A stretch of 3,569 nucleotides of DNA from Escherichia phage MS2: sequence record EF204939.1. One strand, written 5' to 3'. Below the pieces are notes generated by a model, which had not been told where the DNA came from, did not search any database, and saw only the letters and a program-made list of their open reading frames with translations. This document shows positions 1 to 3,569 of this stretch, piece after piece. Position numbers and translations under genes: made by a program. Position 1 is the stretch's first letter; every line of letters begins with the position of its first letter.

Positions 1-5
1 GGGTG

Positions 6-23
6 GGACCCCTTTCGGGGTCC
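6..23 (+). promoter_or_regulatory. 5'-terminal stable hairpin (7 bp stem, UUUC loop)
   Basis: Seen directly: 6-12 ggacccc is the reverse complement of 17-23 ggggtcc; loop 13-16 tttc. Corresponds to the known 5' hairpin of MS2-like genomes. Confidence 0.8.
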
Positions 24-30
24 TGCTCAA

Positions 31-36
31 CTTCCT
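31..36 (+). promoter_or_regulatory. Candidate upstream complementary sequence (UCS) able to pair with the maturation-gene Shine-Dalgarno
   Basis: 5'-CUUCCU-3' (31-36) can pair antiparallel with 5'-AGGAGG-3' (116-121): 5 Watson-Crick pairs plus 1 G-U. A long-range SD:UCS pairing about 80 nt upstream is described for MS2 maturation-gene control; the exact boundaries are from memory. Confidence 0.5.
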
Positions 37-115
37 GTCGAGCTAATGCCATTTTTAATGTCTTTAGCGAGACGCTACCATGGCTATCGCTGTAGGTAGC
101 CGGAATTCCATTCCT

Positions 116-121
116 AGGAGG
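116..121 (+). promoter_or_regulatory. Shine-Dalgarno (AGGAGG) for the maturation protein gene
   Basis: aggagg lies 8 nt upstream of ATG 130-132. Confidence 0.85.
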
Positions 122-129
122 TTTGACTC

Positions 130-1311
130 ATGCGAGCTTTTAGTGTCCTTGATAGGGAATCCGAGACCTTCGTCCCCTCCGTTCGCGTTTATGCTGACGG
201 GGAGGTCGAGGATAACTCATTTTCCTTAAAATACCGTTCGAACTGGACTCCTGGCCGATTTAACTCGACTGGGACCAGAACGAATCAGTGGCACTATCCG
301 TCCCCTTACTCTAGGGGAGCGCTTAGTGTCACTTCGGTCGATCAAGGTTCCTACAAGCGCTCTGGGTCATCGTGGGGTCGTCCGTACGAGGAGAAAGCTG
401 GTTTTGGCTTCTCGCTCGACGCACGTTCCTGCTACAGCCTCTTCCCTGTCAGTCAAAATATGACTTACATCGAAGTGCCGCAGAACGTTGCGAATCGGGC
501 GTCGACCGAAGTCCTGCAGAAGGTTACCCAGGGTAATTTTAACCTTGGCGTAGCTTTAGCAGAGGCCAGGTCGACAGCCTCACAACTCGCGACGCAAACC
601 ATTGCGCTCGTGAAGGCGTACACTGCCGCTCGTCGCGGTAATTGGCGCCAGGCGCTCCGCTATCTTGCCCTAAACGAAGATCGGAAATTCCGGTCAAAAC
701 ACGTGGCAGGTAGATGGTTGGAGTTGCAGTTCGGTTGGCTACCGCTTATGAGCGATATCCAAGGTGCATATGAGATGCTTACGAAGGTTCATCTTCAAGA
801 GTTTCTTCCTATGAGAGCCGTACGACAGGTGGGTACTAACGTTAAGTTAGATGGCCGCTTGTCGTATCCAGCTGCAAACTACCAGACTACGTGCAACATA
901 TCGCGACGAATCGTGATATGGTTTTACATAAACGATGCACGTTTGGCCTGGTTGTCGTCTCTAGGTATCTTGAACCCACTAGGTATAGTGTGGGAAAAGG
1001 TGCCTTTCTCATTCGTTGTCGACTGGCTCCTTCCTGTAGGAAACATGCTCGAGGGCCTTACAGCCCCCGTAGGATGCTCCTACATGTCTGGAACAGTTAC
1101 TGACGTAATAACGGGTGAGTCCATCATAAGCGTTGACGCTCCCTATGGGTGGACTGTGGAGAGACAGGGCACTGCTAAGGCCCAGATCTCGGCCATGCAT
1201 CGAGGGGTGCAATCCGTATGGCCAACAACTGGCGTATACGTGAAATCACCTTTCTCGATTGTCCATACCTTAGATGCGTTAGCATTAATCAGGCAACGGC
1301 TCTCAAGATAG
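130..1311 (+). CDS. mat: Maturation protein (A protein; pilus attachment/assembly protein), 393 aa
   Basis: ORF track 130..1311 (393 aa). The translation is near-identical to the MS2 A protein as I recall it (MRAFS...IRQRLSR). First gene of the levivirus layout, preceded by a strong SD. Starts with ATG here. Confidence 0.95.
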   Translation: MRAFSVLDRESETFVPSVRVYADGEVEDNSFSLKYRSNWTPGRFNSTGTRTNQWHYPSPYSRGALSVTSVDQGSYKRSGSSWGRPYEEKAGFGFSLDARSCYSLFPVSQNMTYIEVPQNVANRASTEVLQKVTQGNFNLGVALAEARSTASQLATQTIALVKAYTAARRGNWRQALRYLALNEDRKFRSKHVAGRWLELQFGWLPLMSDIQGAYEMLTKVHLQEFLPMRAVRQVGTNVKLDGRLSYPAANYQTTCNISRRIVIWFYINDARLAWLSSLGILNPLGIVWEKVPFSFVVDWLLPVGNMLEGLTAPVGCSYMSGTVTDVITGESIISVDAPYGWTVERQGTAKAQISAMHRGVQSVWPTTGVYVKSPFSIVHTLDALALIRQRLSR

Positions 1312-1334
1312 AGCCCTCAACCGGAGTTTGAAGC
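1312..1334 (+). promoter_or_regulatory. Maturation-coat intergenic region with coat gene ribosome binding site
   Basis: ggag at 1323-1326 lies 8 nt upstream of coat ATG 1335. Short intergenic spacer as in MS2. Confidence 0.7.
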
Positions 1335-1727
1335 ATGGCTTCTAACTTTACTCAGTTTGTTCTCGTCGACAATGGCGGAACCGGCGACGTGACTGTCGCT
1401 CCAAGCAACTTCGCTAACGGGGTCGCTGAATGGATCAGCTCTAACTCACGCTCTCAGGCTTACAAAGTAACCTGTAGTGTTCGTCAGAGCTCTGCGCAGA
1501 ACCGCAAGTACACCATCAAAGTCGAAGTGCCAAAAGTGGCTACTCAGACCGTCGGTGGCGTACAGCTTCCTGTAGCCGCATGGCGTTCGTACTTAAATAT
1601 GGAATTAACTATTCCAATTTTCGCGACGAACGACGATTGCGCGCTTATTGTTAAGGCGATGCAAGGTCTCCTAAAAGATGGAAACCCAATCCCCTCAGCA
1701 ATCGCAGCCAACTCCGGAATCTATTAA
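1335..1727 (+). CDS. cp: Major coat (capsid) protein, 130 codons including initiator Met (129-aa mature protein)
   Basis: ORF track 1335..1727. Translation MASNFTQFVLVDNGGTGDV...ANSGIY is the MS2 coat protein sequence with a few substitutions. Operator-binding residues (T45, R49, K61, Y85, N87 in mature numbering) are present. Confidence 0.97.
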   Translation: MASNFTQFVLVDNGGTGDVTVAPSNFANGVAEWISSNSRSQAYKVTCSVRQSSAQNRKYTIKVEVPKVATQTVGGVQLPVAAWRSYLNMELTIPIFATNDDCALIVKAMQGLLKDGNPIPSAIAANSGIY

Positions 1728-1905
1728 TAGATTCCGGCCATTCCAACATGAGGATTACCCATGTCGAAGACAACAAAGAAGTTCAACTCTTTATGTATTG
1801 ATCTTCCTCGCGATCTTTCTCTCGAAATTTACCAATCAATTGCTTCTGTCGCTACTGGAAGCGGTGATCCGCACAGTAGAGACTTTACGGCAATTGCTTA
1901 CCTAA
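1678..1905 (+). CDS. L: Lysis protein L (75 aa), +1 frame, overlapping the coat 3' end and the replicase 5' end
   Basis: ORF track 1678..1905. Translation METQSPQQSQ...LLEAVIRTVETLRQLLT closely matches the MS2 L protein, including the hydrophobic C-terminal segment LYVLIFLAIFLSKFTNQLLLSLLEAV. Position matches the MS2 L gene. Confidence 0.9.
   Translation: METQSPQQSQPTPESINRFRPFQHEDYPCRRQQRSSTLYVLIFLAIFLSKFTNQLLLSLLEAVIRTVETLRQLLT
1725..1730 (+). terminator. Tandem in-frame translational stop codons UAA-UAG ending the coat gene
   Basis: Seen directly: taa 1725-1727 immediately followed in frame by tag 1728-1730. In MS2-like phages, ribosomes terminating here are thought to reinitiate at the upstream lysis start codon. 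Confidence 0.85.
1746..1764 (+). promoter_or_regulatory. Coat-protein-binding translational operator hairpin (TR) enclosing the replicase SD and start codon
   Basis: Seen directly: acatgaggattacccatgt. Stem acatg/catgt, bulged A, lower stem gg/cc, loop AUUA; contains SD gagga 1750-1754 and replicase ATG 1761-1763. Identical to the classic MS2 19-nt operator as I recall it. Confidence 0.93.
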
Positions 1906-3398
1906 GAGACGAGTTGCTCACAAAGCATCCGTCTTTAGGAAATGGTAATGACGAGGCGACCCGCCGGGCTTTAGCTATCGCTAAGCTCCGGGAGGCGAAT
2001 GAACGATGTGGCCAGATTAACAGAGAAGGTTTCTTACATGACAAATCCTTGTCGTGGGATCCGGATGTTTTACAAACCAGCATCCGTAGCCTTATTGGCA
2101 ACCTTCTCTCTGGCTATCGTTCGTCGTTGTTTGGGCAATGCACGTTTTCCAACGGTGCCTCTATGGGGCACAAGTTGCAGGATGCAGCGCCTTACAAGAA
2201 GTTCGCTGAACAAGCAACCGTTACCCCCCGCGCTCTGAGAGCGGCGTTACTGGTCAGAGACCAGTGTGCGCCGTGGATCAGACACGCGGTCCGCTATAAC
2301 GAATCATATAAATTTAGACTCGTTGTAGGGAACGGAGTGTTTACAGTTCCGAAGAATAATAAAATAGATCGGGCTGCCTGTAAGGAGCCCGATATGAATA
2401 TGTACCTTCAGAAAGGAGTTGGCGCTTTTATACGGCGTCGTCTCAGATCCGTTGGTATAGACCTGAATGATCAAACGATCAACCAGCGTCTGGCTCAACA
2501 AGGCAGCGTCGATGGCTCATTGGCGACGATAGACTTATCGTCGGCCTCTGACTCCATCTCTGACCGCCTGGTGTGGAGTTTCCTCCCACCTGAGCTATAT
2601 TCATATCTCGATCGTATCCGCTCCCACTATGGAATCATAGATGGAGAGACGATACGATGGGAACTATTTTCCACAATGGGAAATGGGTTCACTTTTGAAC
2701 TAGAGTCCATGATATTTTGGGCTATAGTAAAAGCAACCCAGATCCATTTTGGTAACGCCGGAACCATAGGCATCTACGGGGACGATATTATATGTCCCAG
2801 TGAGATTGCACCCCGTGTGCTAGAGGCGCTAGCCTACTACGGTTTCAAACCGAATCTTCGTAAAACGTTCGTGTCAGGGCTCTTTCGCGAGAGCTGTGGC
2901 GCGCACTTTTACCGTGGTGTCGATGTCAAACCGTTTTACATCAGGAAACCAGTCGACAATCTCTTCTCCCTTATGCTGATCATGAATCGGCTTAGGGGAT
3001 GGGGTGTTGTCGGAGGTATGTCAGATCCTCGCCTATATAAGGTTTGGGTACGACTGTCCTCCCTGGTTCCATCGATGTTCTTCGGTGGGACGGACCTTGC
3101 TGCTGACTACTACGTAGTCAGCCCCCCGACAGCGGTCTCAGTTTATACTAAGACCGCATATGGGAGGTTGCTCGCGGACGCCCGTACCTCGGGTTTCCGT
3201 CTTGCTCGTATCGCGAAAGAGCGTAAGCACTTTAGCGAGAAGCATGACAGTGGTCGCTACATAGCATGGTTCCATACTGGAGGTGAAATCACCGATAGTA
3301 TGAAGTCCGCCGGCGTGCGTGTTATGCGCACTTCGGAATGGCTAACGCCGGTTCCCACATTCCCGCAGGAGTGTGGGCCAGCGAGCTCTCCTCGGTAG
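1761..3398 (+). CDS. rep: RNA-directed RNA polymerase (replicase beta subunit), 545 aa
   Basis: ORF track 1761..3398. Translation begins MSKTTKKFNSLCIDLPRDLS as in MS2 replicase and contains the catalytic YGDD motif. Stop TAG at 3396-3398. Confidence 0.97.
   Translation: MSKTTKKFNSLCIDLPRDLSLEIYQSIASVATGSGDPHSRDFTAIAYLRDELLTKHPSLGNGNDEATRRALAIAKLREANERCGQINREGFLHDKSLSWDPDVLQTSIRSLIGNLLSGYRSSLFGQCTFSNGASMGHKLQDAAPYKKFAEQATVTPRALRAALLVRDQCAPWIRHAVRYNESYKFRLVVGNGVFTVPKNNKIDRAACKEPDMNMYLQKGVGAFIRRRLRSVGIDLNDQTINQRLAQQGSVDGSLATIDLSSASDSISDRLVWSFLPPELYSYLDRIRSHYGIIDGETIRWELFSTMGNGFTFELESMIFWAIVKATQIHFGNAGTIGIYGDDIICPSEIAPRVLEALAYYGFKPNLRKTFVSGLFRESCGAHFYRGVDVKPFYIRKPVDNLFSLMLIMNRLRGWGVVGGMSDPRLYKVWVRLSSLVPSMFFGGTDLAADYYVVSPPTAVSVYTKTAYGRLLADARTSGFRLARIAKERKHFSEKHDSGRYIAWFHTGGEITDSMKSAGVRVMRTSEWLTPVPTFPQECGPASSPR
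2778..2786 (+). other. RdRp catalytic GDD motif (motif C) within replicase
   Basis: Codons ggg gac gat at 2778-2786 encode G-D-D in the context FGNAGTIGIYGDDIICP; frame verified from ATG 1761. Confidence 0.9.
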
Positions 3399-3411
3399 CT
3401 GACCGAGGGAC

Positions 3412-3534
3412 CCCCGTAAACGGGGTGGGTGTGCTCGAAAGAGCACGGGTCCGCGTAAGCGGTGGCTCCACCGAAAGGTGGGCGGGCTTCGGCCCAGGGA
3501 CCTCCCCCTAAAGAGAGGACCCGGGATTCTCCCG
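3412..3534 (+). promoter_or_regulatory. Cluster of short tetraloop-capped hairpins in the 3' UTR
   Basis: Seen directly: 3412-3425 ccccg-taaa-cgggg; 3431-3446 gtgctc-gaaa-gagcac (GNRA); 3451-3462 ccgc-gtaa-gcgg (GNRA); 3468-3481 ccacc-gaaa-ggtgg (GNRA); 3484-3495 gggc-ttcg-gccc (UNCG); 3522-3534 cggga-ttc-tcccg. Confidence 0.75.
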
Positions 3535-3538
3535 ATTT

Positions 3539-3564
3539 GGTAACTAGCTGCTTGGCTAGTTACC
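3539..3564 (+). promoter_or_regulatory. 3'-terminal hairpin (10 bp stem) immediately before the single-stranded ACCCA tail
   Basis: Seen directly: 3539-3548 ggtaactagc is the reverse complement of 3555-3564 gctagttacc; loop 3549-3554 tgcttg. The 3' tail 3565-3569 accca is left unpaired, as expected for replicase initiation. Confidence 0.8.
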
Positions 3565-3569
3565 ACCCA

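Larger units (their letters stand above)
1..129 (+). other. 5' untranslated leader of ssRNA phage genome; begins GGGUGGG, typical of levivirus 5' ends
   Basis: No ORF before the maturation gene start at 130. Sequence 1-127 matches my recollection of the MS2 leader. Confidence 0.85.
3399..3569 (+). other. 3' untranslated region of the phage genome ending in ...ACCACCCA
   Basis: No plus-strand ORF after the replicase stop. Sequence ends ccaccca, the characteristic levivirus 3' terminus (terminal A added non-templated in vivo). Confidence 0.9.

Noticed and set aside
103-110. Palindrome ggaattcc containing an EcoRI site in the 5' leader
   Set aside because: This is native leader sequence in MS2-like genomes as far as I recall, not evidence of a cloning junction or vector sequence. 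No other vector-like sequence is present.
891-1103. 70-aa plus-strand ORF nested inside the maturation gene in another frame
   Set aside because: No SD-like sequence upstream, no known levivirus gene at this position, and it lies entirely inside a well-supported CDS. Most likely a chance ORF.
1009-1212. Minus-strand ORFs (1009-1212, 1898-2101, 2304-2501, 3342-3566)
   Set aside because: The genome is a plus-sense ssRNA phage. The minus strand is a replication intermediate that is not translated, and these ORFs are short and low-complexity (the 3342-3566 one is Arg/Pro-rich from the GC-rich 3' UTR complement).
1999-2238. 79-aa plus-strand ORF nested inside the replicase gene in another frame
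   Set aside because: Same reasoning: alternate-frame ORF inside a conserved CDS, with no initiation signals and no homologous gene known in MS2-like phages.
1-3569. Possibility of a novel defence system, mobile element, CRISPR array or other undescribed system
   Set aside because: The whole window is explained by the four canonical levivirus genes and their UTRs. There are no repeats, spacers, transposase-like ORFs or unassigned coding capacity left over.

Overview
The window is a complete, colinear genome (cDNA sense) of an MS2-like single-stranded RNA coliphage (group I levivirus; Fiersviridae, Emesvirus-like). All 3569 nt are accounted for by the canonical layout: a structured 5' UTR (1-129), maturation/A protein (130-1311), coat protein (1335-1727), the overlapping +1-frame lysis protein (1678-1905), replicase beta subunit/RdRp (1761-3398) and a hairpin-rich 3' UTR ending in ...ACCACCCA. 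Gene coordinates and the genome length match what I recall for the MS2 reference, so this appears to be a substitution-only variant with no indels. I see no evidence of a previously undescribed system; the interesting content is how this variant differs from canonical MS2 at known regulatory and structural positions. Those comparisons are made from memory of the MS2 sequence and need an alignment to confirm. Minus-strand and nested ORFs in the track are judged spurious.
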